This document shows positions 50,710 to 59,969 of a DNA stretch of 64,000 nt, piece after piece. Each line of letters starts with the position of its first letter. Position 1 is the first letter of the stretch. This DNA is from Candidatus Cloacimonadota bacterium. GTDB taxonomy: Bacteria; Cloacimonadota; Cloacimonadia; Cloacimonadales; WRIO01. A program made the translations under genes and the position numbers. Under the pieces are notes generated by a model. The model did no database searches. It was not told where the DNA came from and saw only the letters and a program-made list of their open reading frames with translations. The DNA is taken from assembly GCA_029553545.1 (NCBI GenBank), contig JAKPKU010000170.1, positions 4,621 through 68,620 of the forward strand, read 5' to 3'.

Positions 50710-52577
50710 TGAGTATAATCAGTAAAGTTGGCAAAAAATCTATTAAGACCAGAACACTAAATAGCATTATCCACTTTGTACTGATAACAGGTACTCTGAC
50801 AATGATTTACCCCTTTTTATTGATGATCTCTTTCTCTTTTAAAAGCGCAGTTGATAGTACTAATCTCAAGCTAATCCCAGCTTTCTTATATCAAGATGAA
50901 GCACTTTATAAAAAGTACATGGAAAGCCGCTACAATGAGGAAAGTAGCAGACTGATGGATAATTATCCTGGCTCGTGGATCTCATTTGCAGAAGTAAGCC
51001 TGCCAGAACACATCAATGAGCGCATCTATCAAGACTTTCAAGAGTTTATCGCTGAGTATCAATATGACACCTACTCTTATTGCATAGCAGAGCATTATGG
51101 GCGTGGCGTTTACCCTTATGCACAGCGACTTTATCGCAAAGAATTGAGAAAAGAAAATAATAATAGCTTAGTTGATTTTAATAATAAATACAATGCAGGA
51201 GCGATGAGCTGGGGCGAAATAGTAGTGGAAGAGAAAGATATTTTTAGCCGCAATTATGTGAGCTCCACTGATAGCTATCTTGGGCGCTTTCGTGAGTTTA
51301 AAGAGCAAAGCCCGCAGTGGATGCGCTATTATATCAACCCTGATGGTTACTTTACCAATGTTTTATTGATACCTGCTTTTGGAGAAGATCTGGAGGCTTT
51401 TAATCTTGAGAATAACACCAATTATGTGAGCTGGAATGAGATTAGACTCAGTTCAGAATGCCCACCTGCTGATGATCCTCTTTATAAGTACTGGCTAAAT
51501 TATGCACGTGACATCATCAATGTGCATCATTTGAGTGTAAAGAAAGAGGCAGAACCTGAATATCAGAGCATGCTACTGGAGAAATATAATTACGTACAAA
51601 CGCTGAATAAAACCTGGAATAGCGACTATCAAAGCTTTGCAGAGATTCACATACCTGAGAAGATGCCTGACACGGGTGCTATGGTAGAAGATCTGACTTT
51701 CTTTATCCAAAACCTTGCACAGCCAGAGCATATTCAGATACATAGTATGGCAAATGATTTTCGTCAGTATATCGCCAATAAATACACAGATCTAAACATA
51801 TTAAACGAGAAGTATAACACACAATATCAGAACTTTAATGAGATTGCTTTTCCTACCGCAGAGCTCGATTATTATAATTTCAAAGAACGTAAATCTGAGA
51901 TAAGACGAGAGTTTTTATGGCGTAATTATGCAATGTCGCTTGATCAAATGCTGTCTGATGCCAAGTCTCTACGTAATACAGGCATTTATGTCCTTTTGTC
52001 TATTCTCTTAGCTATTACAGTAAATCCGCTCGCAGCATATGCTTTGAGTAGGTTCAAGCCACGCTTTTCATATCAAATAATCTTACTTTTTATGCTCACA
52101 ATGGCTTTCCCTGCAATGGTAATGGGCATACCTAATTTCTTACTTTTAAAAAAGTTAAATTTACTCAATACCTTTTGGGCATTAGTATTGCCTGCAGCGG
52201 CTGATGGCTATTTTATCTTTTTACTAAAGGGCTTTTTTGATAGCTTACCACGTGAGCTGTATGAGAGTGCCAGCCTCGATGGTGCGGGTGAATTTCGTTT
52301 ATTTTGGCAATTTACGCTGTATTTAAGCAAGCCTATCCTGGCAGTTATCGCTTTGGGCGCTTTTAATGCAGCATATCGTAACTTTCTTTTTGCCTTCATA
52401 GTCTGTCAAGACCAATCGATGTGGACTTTGATGGTTCATATTTATAACTTGATGCAGAGAGCGTCGAGTGGAGTTGGCTATGCAGCTTTAGTTATTGCCG
52501 CAATACCCACTCTCATGGTCTTTATTTTCTTCCAAAACATAATAATCAAAGGTATTGTAATACCGATGGAAAAATAA
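50706..52577 (+). CDS. MalG-like ABC permease with a ~370-aa insertion between TM1 and TM2
   Basis: TM1 is at residues ~20-45. A long hydrophilic segment follows. The canonical permease core carries the EAA loop ESASLDGAGEFRLFWQFTLYLSKP. The gene overlaps the upstream gene by 4 nt. Confidence 0.8.
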   Translation: MMSIISKVGKKSIKTRTLNSIIHFVLITGTLTMIYPFLLMISFSFKSAVDSTNLKLIPAFLYQDEALYKKYMESRYNEESSRLMDNYPGSWISFAEVSLPEHINERIYQDFQEFIAEYQYDTYSYCIAEHYGRGVYPYAQRLYRKELRKENNNSLVDFNNKYNAGAMSWGEIVVEEKDIFSRNYVSSTDSYLGRFREFKEQSPQWMRYYINPDGYFTNVLLIPAFGEDLEAFNLENNTNYVSWNEIRLSSECPPADDPLYKYWLNYARDIINVHHLSVKKEAEPEYQSMLLEKYNYVQTLNKTWNSDYQSFAEIHIPEKMPDTGAMVEDLTFFIQNLAQPEHIQIHSMANDFRQYIANKYTDLNILNEKYNTQYQNFNEIAFPTAELDYYNFKERKSEIRREFLWRNYAMSLDQMLSDAKSLRNTGIYVLLSILLAITVNPLAAYALSRFKPRFSYQIILLFMLTMAFPAMVMGIPNFLLLKKLNLLNTFWALVLPAAADGYFIFLLKGFFDSLPRELYESASLDGAGEFRLFWQFTLYLSKPILAVIALGAFNAAYRNFLFAFIVCQDQSMWTLMVHIYNLMQRASSGVGYAALVIAAIPTLMVFIFFQNIIIKGIVIPMEK

Positions 52578-52606
52578 AAAAATACCCATATATATAGGAG
52601 ATTTCG

Positions 52607-55600
52607 ATGAGAAACGCAAAAATATATTATGAACGTGCAAAACGCTTGCATGATAGAGTAACAAATGAAATTTACTCACAAGCTCATGGCTTACAAGTAA
52701 AATTTACCCACGATAAAATTGAACCTATACCCGTTTCAAAGCTGAATACCAGAAAATGGAAAGAGCTAAAAGTCAAACAGAAATGGGCAGATACTTGGGC
52801 ATGTGCCTGGTTTATTTTTGAAGGAAAAGTACCTACAGAGCACGCTGGCAAAGAAGTTGGGGTATATATTGACATTCAAGGTGAAGCATGCGTCTTTAAA
52901 AATACTGGCAAAACCTCACCAAATCTCTTTGATTTAAACAAACCACTCACCCCCTATGCAGGACTGACAAATAAGATACACTGGAGCTTGCAATCGGGTA
53001 AGTTTTATCTGCCACTATTTAAAAAAGCTAAAGGAGGAGAGAATATATCCCTCTTAGCAGAGGCTGGTGCTAATGGGCTTTTTGGCAAAGATAAAGACGA
53101 ATACTTGCTGGAACGAGCAGATATAGTGGTATTTGATAGAGAGAAATATCAACTTTTGATGGATTTAAAGGTGCTAATCTCGCTTTATGAAAACCTTGAA
53201 GAAAGTAGTGTGCGTAAAAAAAGAGTACTGCATGCTCTAAACGAGATTGCTAATAATTATCAAGATGGCAATAATATGGATAAATGCCGTGAAATTGCTA
53301 AAGAAATTCTCTCGTCGCCCGCGGTACCAAGTGCCTTGACAGCTTGGTCAATCGGGCATGCACATATAGATCTGGCGTGGCTTTGGCCCATTAGAGAGAC
53401 GAAGAGAAAGGCAAGCCGCACGTTTTCTACAGCACTGAGAATGATGGAAACATACCCAGATTATACATTTGGTGCATCACAAGCACAGCTTTACCAATGG
53501 ACAAAGGATAATTATCCGCAACTCTATTGCGAAATCAAGAAACAAATAGAAAAAAATAGATGGGAAGTGCAGGGGGCAAGCTGGGTTGAGCACGATACAA
53601 ACATGCCGTCGGGTGAGTCTCTCGTGCGACAATATATGTATGGTAAACGCTTTTTTAGAGAAGAGTTTGGCAAAGAATTTGATTACCTATTTTTACCTGA
53701 TTGTTTTGGCTTTACAGGCTCTTTGCCACAGATTCTCAAGCAAGCGGGTGTGAACTACTTTATCTCACAAAAGCTCTCTTGGAACGACACCAATAAGTTT
53801 CCACACAGTAGCTTTATTTGGGAAGGGATCGATGGTTCTAAGATAAAGACTCACTTTTTACCGACTCATGACTATAACTTTTCAAACTTGCCAGGTGATT
53901 TTATTAAGTCAGAAAAACGCTTTGAGCAGGCAGATATCTGCAATGACTTTCTCAATCTCTATGGCATTGGTGATGGTGGTGGAGGACCTTCTTCTGAACA
54001 CATCGAGTTGGCGGTCAGACAGCAAAATTGCGAGGGTGTACCACGCGTAAAGTTTGGCTTTGTCAGCGACTTTCTCAAGACTTTAGACGATAAAGAGGAG
54101 ACCTTGCCTGTGTGGAAAGGCGAACTTTATTTTGAATTGCATCGCGGCACTTATACTACGCAAGGCTTGATGAAAAAGAATAATCGCATGCTTGAGCAAC
54201 GCCTACAACAGCTTGAGTTTATAAGTGTGATTAGTGAGCAAGATATTAGAGAGAAAATTGAGCCTATTTGGAAAGATGTTTTATTAAACCAATTCCATGA
54301 TATAATTCCTGGATCATCAATTGGTTGGGTCTATAAAGATGCAAATGCCCTCTCAGAAAGTAATCTAAAGCTCTGCAAAGAAATTGAAGAAGAGATGATC
54401 TTTGCTGAATTTGAAAAAGGCAACAATGCTTATTTGTTCATAAATAGTCAGCCTTGGCGTCGTCGTGAGCTCATAGAGCTTGATGAAGAAAGCCCTGTAG
54501 TCTTGGTGGATGCTGAGGATAAAGAGATCCCAAGCTTTTGGGCAGATGGCAAGATCAAAGCGCTTGTTGAATGCCAGGCAATGGGTTATCAAGTGGTCTA
54601 TAAAATGGCGTGTCCACTTATTTCTTGCAATGACTATTCTTCGGATGCAAGCGTTTTGGAAAACAATTATCTGATCGTCAAGCTTGATCAAGATGGCTGT
54701 ATAAACAGAATTTTTGATAAAGAAAATAATAGAGAAGTTTTGACAGGGCAAGCAAATAAATTACAAATGTGGGAAGACTTGCCTAATAATTGGGGGGCTT
54801 GGGATATTAATAACTTCTATCGTGAGACAAAGCCAATACAGCCTGTTTTAATCGAGAGAAAACTACTCGAAGCAAATGCCCTGGTAAAAAAGATTAAGCA
54901 GGTTTTTAAAGTAGGCAACTCTACTATCGAACAGATTATTAGCCTCAAGAGTCAATCTAAGCTCATTCAAATTGACAATGTGGTTGATTGGCAGGAAAAG
55001 CATAAAATGCTGAGAGTCGGTGCAGAAACAAATATTCAAAGTATGTATTCAAATGCAGAAGTGCAGTTTGGTTTGATGCAAAGACCAACTCACCAAAACA
55101 CTTCATGGGATGAAGCAAAGTTTGAAATCCTGGCTCATCGCTTTATAGATTTATCTCAAGAGGATTATGGTTTTGCTGTGCTTAATGATTGCAAGTATGG
55201 GCATTCCGTACAAGGAGGAACGATAGAGATAAACCTCTTACGCAGCCCAGCAGATGTCGATCCTGATGCAGATATTCATCAGCATAGCTTTACTTTTGGT
55301 TATTATCCACATATTGGTAATTTGGAAAAGTCAGACACCTTGCAAAAAGCACATAACCTTAATTCACCGTTAGTTGTATATCCGATCTCTACGGATAAAG
55401 GTATCAAAGACACCCCTTATTTCTCAATTGAGGGCAGAAATGTCAAGATCGATACAGTAAAACACAGTGATTTAGAGAAAGATTCTTTGATTTTACGTTG
55501 CTATGAGACAATGGGTACAAGTACACGAATTAATATTACAAGTAAAAAATATAAGATAAAAGAGGCATTCCTTTGCAATCTGCTTGGTGAAAACATACAT

Positions 55601-55684
55601 GCCATCATCTCTTTTGATAATACTTTAATGCTCGATTTTAAACCATTTGAAATTAAGACAATTAAAATTAAAAAGGGTAAATAA
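52607..55684 (+). CDS. GH38-family alpha-mannosidase
   Basis: GHAHIDLAWLWP metal-site motif, and a size (1025 aa) and layout typical of cytosolic bacterial GH38 enzymes. Confidence 0.85.
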   Translation: MRNAKIYYERAKRLHDRVTNEIYSQAHGLQVKFTHDKIEPIPVSKLNTRKWKELKVKQKWADTWACAWFIFEGKVPTEHAGKEVGVYIDIQGEACVFKNTGKTSPNLFDLNKPLTPYAGLTNKIHWSLQSGKFYLPLFKKAKGGENISLLAEAGANGLFGKDKDEYLLERADIVVFDREKYQLLMDLKVLISLYENLEESSVRKKRVLHALNEIANNYQDGNNMDKCREIAKEILSSPAVPSALTAWSIGHAHIDLAWLWPIRETKRKASRTFSTALRMMETYPDYTFGASQAQLYQWTKDNYPQLYCEIKKQIEKNRWEVQGASWVEHDTNMPSGESLVRQYMYGKRFFREEFGKEFDYLFLPDCFGFTGSLPQILKQAGVNYFISQKLSWNDTNKFPHSSFIWEGIDGSKIKTHFLPTHDYNFSNLPGDFIKSEKRFEQADICNDFLNLYGIGDGGGGPSSEHIELAVRQQNCEGVPRVKFGFVSDFLKTLDDKEETLPVWKGELYFELHRGTYTTQGLMKKNNRMLEQRLQQLEFISVISEQDIREKIEPIWKDVLLNQFHDIIPGSSIGWVYKDANALSESNLKLCKEIEEEMIFAEFEKGNNAYLFINSQPWRRRELIELDEESPVVLVDAEDKEIPSFWADGKIKALVECQAMGYQVVYKMACPLISCNDYSSDASVLENNYLIVKLDQDGCINRIFDKENNREVLTGQANKLQMWEDLPNNWGAWDINNFYRETKPIQPVLIERKLLEANALVKKIKQVFKVGNSTIEQIISLKSQSKLIQIDNVVDWQEKHKMLRVGAETNIQSMYSNAEVQFGLMQRPTHQNTSWDEAKFEILAHRFIDLSQEDYGFAVLNDCKYGHSVQGGTIEINLLRSPADVDPDADIHQHSFTFGYYPHIGNLEKSDTLQKAHNLNSPLVVYPISTDKGIKDTPYFSIEGRNVKIDTVKHSDLEKDSLILRCYETMGTSTRINITSKKYKIKEAFLCNLLGENIHAIISFDNTLMLDFKPFEIKTIKIKKGK

Positions 55685-57196
55685 ATGAATGTCATACCAA
55701 AAATCGTAAAGTATCCAGAGAAGGGGAGCCCTTGTTCTATTGCAAGTAACTGGGTGATTGGAGCCCCTTCGGCTTTAAAGAAATATGCTTTGATGCTACA
55801 TGCAGATTTAAAAGACATCTTGGGACTGGAGCTTAAATTTAACAATAGTAAAACCAGCGAGGCAATCAAGCTAAAGTTGAACACGAAAGCTTGCAGCGAG
55901 GCAGAATCTTTCAATATCGCTTTTTATGAAAACTCAATTGAATTAATAGGGCATGATGAGCAAGGCTTATTTTACGCTATACAAACCTTGAAACAAGTTT
56001 TGCTTACGCACGGTAATAATATTGCAGCGTGTTCAATACACTCAATAAAAGGATATTCTTGGCGGGGAATGCACCTCGATGTGAGCCGCCACTTCTTCCC
56101 CATTCCTTATCTCAAAAAGCTCATTGATTTGATGGCATTGTTTAGACTCAATCGCTTTCATTGGCATTTGACCGACGATCAAGGCTGGCGGATTGAAAGT
56201 AAAAAGTTCCCTCTATTACATAAAATTGGCTCTTGCCGTGACGAAGAGGGCTATAGAGAGCCGCAATATTATACGCAAGAAGAGATTAAAGATTTTGTTG
56301 CATATGCAGAAGAACGCTTCGTCGAGGTAATACCTGAAATCGATATGCCTGGGCACACACAATCAGTTTTGGCTGCCTATCCTAACTTGTCATGCACGGG
56401 TGAACCAACACAGACATGGACCAAATGGGGCGTTTCTGAAGATGTTTTGTGTATGGGCAGGGATAGTACATATGAATTTGTAGAAGAGCTCTTAAATGAG
56501 GTGATTCCGCTCTTTAAAAGCAAGTATTTTCATATTGGTGGAGACGAATGTCCTGATACTGCTTGGCAAAGCTGTCCACATTGCCAAAAAAAGAAAGACG
56601 AGCTTGGGCTGCATGACTTCAGGGCTCTGCAACATCAATTTACAAACTTTTTATCTGAAGTATTAAAAAAGCATGATAAAATCATGATTGGCTGGGACGA
56701 AATAACTGAAGGTCAGCTGCCAGATAATACCGTAGTCATGGCATGGCGTGGCAATGCTGGGAAAGCAGCTGTTAATGCGATCTCACAAGGGAAAAATGTG
56801 ATTTTCACACCTAATAGTAGCTATTACCTCGACTGGCGTCAGTCAGATAAAGAAGGGGAGCCTGGCGGCTTTGGCGTCACAGATCTAAAAAAAGTCTTTC
56901 AATATGACCCACAAGAAATTATCAAAATTGAAGAGCTACAATATACTCACAATTCAACAAAAAGTGATTTGAAACTTTATTTTGATATTAATAAATGCAC
57001 AGATTATTTCTTAGGTATTCAGGTTAATCTCTGGACAGAACGCATTCACAATGAAAAAGAGCTGAAATATATGCTTTTCCCACGATTGTTAGCGCTGGCT
57101 GAGCAAGCGGACAGCCGTTCTACAAATAAAGATTATATTGAGTTTAGCAAACGAGCAGAAATCATCATGGAAAAGGTTTTAAATCATTATTTGTAA
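55685..57196 (+). CDS. GH20-family beta-N-acetylhexosaminidase
   Basis: Motifs RGMHLDVSRHF, FHWHLTDDQGWR and HIGGDE. The ATG directly abuts the preceding stop. Confidence 0.85.
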   Translation: MNVIPKIVKYPEKGSPCSIASNWVIGAPSALKKYALMLHADLKDILGLELKFNNSKTSEAIKLKLNTKACSEAESFNIAFYENSIELIGHDEQGLFYAIQTLKQVLLTHGNNIAACSIHSIKGYSWRGMHLDVSRHFFPIPYLKKLIDLMALFRLNRFHWHLTDDQGWRIESKKFPLLHKIGSCRDEEGYREPQYYTQEEIKDFVAYAEERFVEVIPEIDMPGHTQSVLAAYPNLSCTGEPTQTWTKWGVSEDVLCMGRDSTYEFVEELLNEVIPLFKSKYFHIGGDECPDTAWQSCPHCQKKKDELGLHDFRALQHQFTNFLSEVLKKHDKIMIGWDEITEGQLPDNTVVMAWRGNAGKAAVNAISQGKNVIFTPNSSYYLDWRQSDKEGEPGGFGVTDLKKVFQYDPQEIIKIEELQYTHNSTKSDLKLYFDINKCTDYFLGIQVNLWTERIHNEKELKYMLFPRLLALAEQADSRSTNKDYIEFSKRAEIIMEKVLNHYL

Positions 57197-57216
57197 TCTA
57201 AGGGCAATGGTATTTT

Positions 57217-57337
57217 GAACTGAGAGCTTATTTGGTCCTCGCTGCGCAGCGGGTGAGGATCAAAATCGTGCGTTGCAGTGGTTTGTTAAATAATAAATCG
57301 CATCTAAACCCGCTCGTAGTAGTCATCTGCTGATTTA
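57217..57337 (+). repeat. Repeat cluster: gaactgagagct motif, REP-like GC hairpin and the 5' half of repeat Y (copy 2)
   Basis: ggtcctcgctgcgcagcgggtgaggatc is a hairpin related to the acccgcagcgaagcgaggacc units at 12.1-12.2 kb. It is followed by gtgcgttgcagtggtttgttaaataataaatcgcatctaaacccgctcgtagtagtcatctgctgattt. Confidence 0.7.
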
Positions 57338-57424
57338 TAAATATCTTGATTAGAAGTTTATACAGGAAGAACCTCCCCTTTATCATCCTGGTAACAAACG
57401 TTTAAACCGAAGGTATAAAGGACA

Positions 57425-59614
57425 TTACTTTAGTATCATCATTTTCCCTGAGATAATCTCCTGATCAGAATCAGCTCTGTAAAGGTATAGACCACTTGAT
57501 ACTGCCTTACCATTCATATCTTTCTTATTCCAGACAAATTCACTACTACTATCTTTTTTTACCTGATTGCTTATTTTATTAACCAACTGCCCTTTTATAT
57601 TATAGATAGAGATGTTCTTGACTTTGGTATTGTTTTTAATTAAAAATCTTACCTGGTCTGACCTGCATGGATTAGGATAGACAGAGATGGTTGATGGTTT
57701 TACAAGTGTCTGATCATCAGTTGATACAGTATAATCAAAACTGTAGAGATTGACTCCAGAAGAAGCTATACTAACTATTCTTTGTTGATCAAAATATATA
57801 TAGTACATAGCATTACGATTTTCATTGATCTCTCCGACCTGACTAAACATTCCATTTCCAATATAGTAAACTAATGCTGTCTCAGAGTCAAAATCTTTAA
57901 CTACTGATGTTTGGTTATATATTGTTGAAACACTCAATAAATCTTTTGTCATTTGATCAAGAAATGTGATAGAATGATCAGTGTAGTTATATAATTTATT
58001 TATATATTCTGAAATTGTTATAAAAATCTCATCATTCACGAAATATGCTCCATATTCAATACCACTAATTATCGGTGTTTCGTACATAATAGTAACAGGA
58101 TCATGCTTATCTCTAAACTGAAGTTTATTATTGTTTTTAAATATCAATAAGTTATTATGCGAATAAGATTGGTTTGAAATGTGTTGACTTTGTATTGTAT
58201 ATAAGAATTCTAACTCCGTATTATTAAAAGAATAAATATCCGTTGAGAAAATACCATTATTAACTTTGTTAAATAGAATTAAACTATCAATAATAGAGAA
58301 ATCATAATATGAGACATTGAGTTGATTTGAACAAACAAGAGATAAATTTTCTGAGCTAATATTGTAAATGTCAAAAAAGTTAGTGTTATCTATTCTATAC
58401 TTTAAGTATAAAGAGTTGTTTTTAATATCAAAATCGACAATATTAAGATCATTTTTGACATTCTCTTTACTCAGGATGATTTGATTATTATCAAACACAG
58501 AATGAAAAATAAATTGATTATTTGCAACATCATATACTCCAATATAGCCATTTTTATACATAGCTCCTTGTGCATTTAATCCGTACTTAGATAATAATTC
58601 AGTATTGTATTCAATATTATAGGTATTTATGCTCATATAAGCATTTCTGTATAAATAAGGATAGTGAAGGCATAAGCTTCCTGATTGAACATGATATTGC
58701 CCGTCTTCGGTATATAATAATGATTGGTCTGAAATATTGTATACATCAAATCTGTTTTTATGATCGACGGTATAAATATTTCCATCATGTATAAGTGCAT
58801 CTGTATAGTAATCATTACTTTGGGATGGGTTATATTTATGAAAAACAGTGGCAATGGAATCCAAATCACTTATGTTGAGCACCGTAATTTCGTGATGCCC
58901 TAATAAAAAAAGATTATCCCCTTCAATTTTCATATTAAAAAGAACACCTCCATTGCCAGTACTCCCAATAATTTCTTCATGAATATAATTATTATTATCA
59001 AACTGATCTAAATCTTCTATCATATGATAGAATCTTAATGAAAAAAATTCAGTGTTGTTTATAATAAAACTCCCATAACAAACTAATAGTGAATCGCTTA
59101 TAGTAATCAAACCAAATAGATTGTCAATATAACCATCGAAAGATAAATTGTGTTTGTTTATTTTTAATGTCCTCTCATGTTCATTGTCTGCCAAAAGAAT
59201 ATAATGATTAGATATTGATGGTCTAAAATTATTGTTTTTAGAGATATTAGTGTCGATCTTTGCAATAAATTGCATTGGTGACACACTGATATTAAATACA
59301 TTAATAAGATAAGAATCTTCATCTTGGTCAAAGAAATACAAGGAATCCCCTGAAACAAATGCAGTATTAATACCAATACCTTTTTTCTCATAAAACGAAA
59401 TTCTATCCAATGCACCATTAGTGTTTATCTCAAATTCTTCGATCATACCTTCACTTTCAACATACAATCTGTTTTGATACTTATTGATTGATCCTGAGTA
59501 GTTTGAATAGTCCAGTACCCTGCTATGATAATTAACATTACTGATGTTGGCTATATGTTGTGCATTTAACAAAGTAAAGACACCTAAGATGATTATAAAT
59601 ATTATTTTCTTCAT
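57425..59614 (-). CDS. T9SS-sorted large repeat protein, paralogue 1 (possible beta-propeller)
   Basis: Signal peptide and recurring strand-like repeats. The C-terminal tail is VYPNPCRSD..NISIYNIKGQLV..WNKKDMNGKAVSSGLYLYR. Start at 59614 (MKKIIF) behind ggagg. Confidence 0.75.
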   Translation of the reverse strand: MKKIIFIIILGVFTLLNAQHIANISNVNYHSRVLDYSNYSGSINKYQNRLYVESEGMIEEFEINTNGALDRISFYEKKGIGINTAFVSGDSLYFFDQDEDSYLINVFNISVSPMQFIAKIDTNISKNNNFRPSISNHYILLADNEHERTLKINKHNLSFDGYIDNLFGLITISDSLLVCYGSFIINNTEFFSLRFYHMIEDLDQFDNNNYIHEEIIGSTGNGGVLFNMKIEGDNLFLLGHHEITVLNISDLDSIATVFHKYNPSQSNDYYTDALIHDGNIYTVDHKNRFDVYNISDQSLLYTEDGQYHVQSGSLCLHYPYLYRNAYMSINTYNIEYNTELLSKYGLNAQGAMYKNGYIGVYDVANNQFIFHSVFDNNQIILSKENVKNDLNIVDFDIKNNSLYLKYRIDNTNFFDIYNISSENLSLVCSNQLNVSYYDFSIIDSLILFNKVNNGIFSTDIYSFNNTELEFLYTIQSQHISNQSYSHNNLLIFKNNNKLQFRDKHDPVTIMYETPIISGIEYGAYFVNDEIFITISEYINKLYNYTDHSITFLDQMTKDLLSVSTIYNQTSVVKDFDSETALVYYIGNGMFSQVGEINENRNAMYYIYFDQQRIVSIASSGVNLYSFDYTVSTDDQTLVKPSTISVYPNPCRSDQVRFLIKNNTKVKNISIYNIKGQLVNKISNQVKKDSSSEFVWNKKDMNGKAVSSGLYLYRADSDQEIISGKMMILK

Positions 59615-59656
59615 GATTACCTCCAATAAATGTGATTAGTAAAAGATGGCGGTCAA

Positions 59657-59827
59657 TTAGAATTCTCTGTCTATGTAGAAATCAAAACGATTTACATTTT
59701 GCACACTGGCACTTTTTGTTACGCCATGGCATGTAACTGTAACGGTTGAATAGACACATGGGTCGAAGTAATCTTCAACAGGTGTTGTATAAAATCCATC
59801 TGATCCTGTATAGTATAGTATAATCAT
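59657..59827 (-). pseudogene. Truncated copy of the small secreted protein gene, fused to the cassette leader
   Basis: The product, MIILYYTGSDGFYTTPVEDYF..VTVTCHGVTKSASVQNVNRFDFYIDREF, matches only the C-terminal 50 aa of the 130-aa protein at 62219-62611. It lacks a signal peptide. Confidence 0.65.
59808..59822. repeat. Pentanucleotide microsatellite (GTATA)3
   Basis: gtatagtatagtata lies immediately 3' (in the coding sense) of the ATG at 59827. Confidence 0.9.
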
Positions 59828-59887
59828 GATTATCTCCTGCATCACCACTATTTCAAATTATTGCCTGTCCAGTAGGCAACTGTGCTA

Positions 59888-59915
59888 ACAATACATTGGC
59901 AAGCAAAGCTGTCAA
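59888..59915 (-). promoter_or_regulatory. Cassette promoter, copy 1
   Basis: On the minus strand: TTGACA, 16 nt, TATTGT. It is a duplicate of the promoter at 62820-62847. Confidence 0.55.
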
Positions 59916-59969
59916 GAAATATTTAAAATGATTGATATTGTATTGTAAGTATTAAAAGTATAAAGGACA

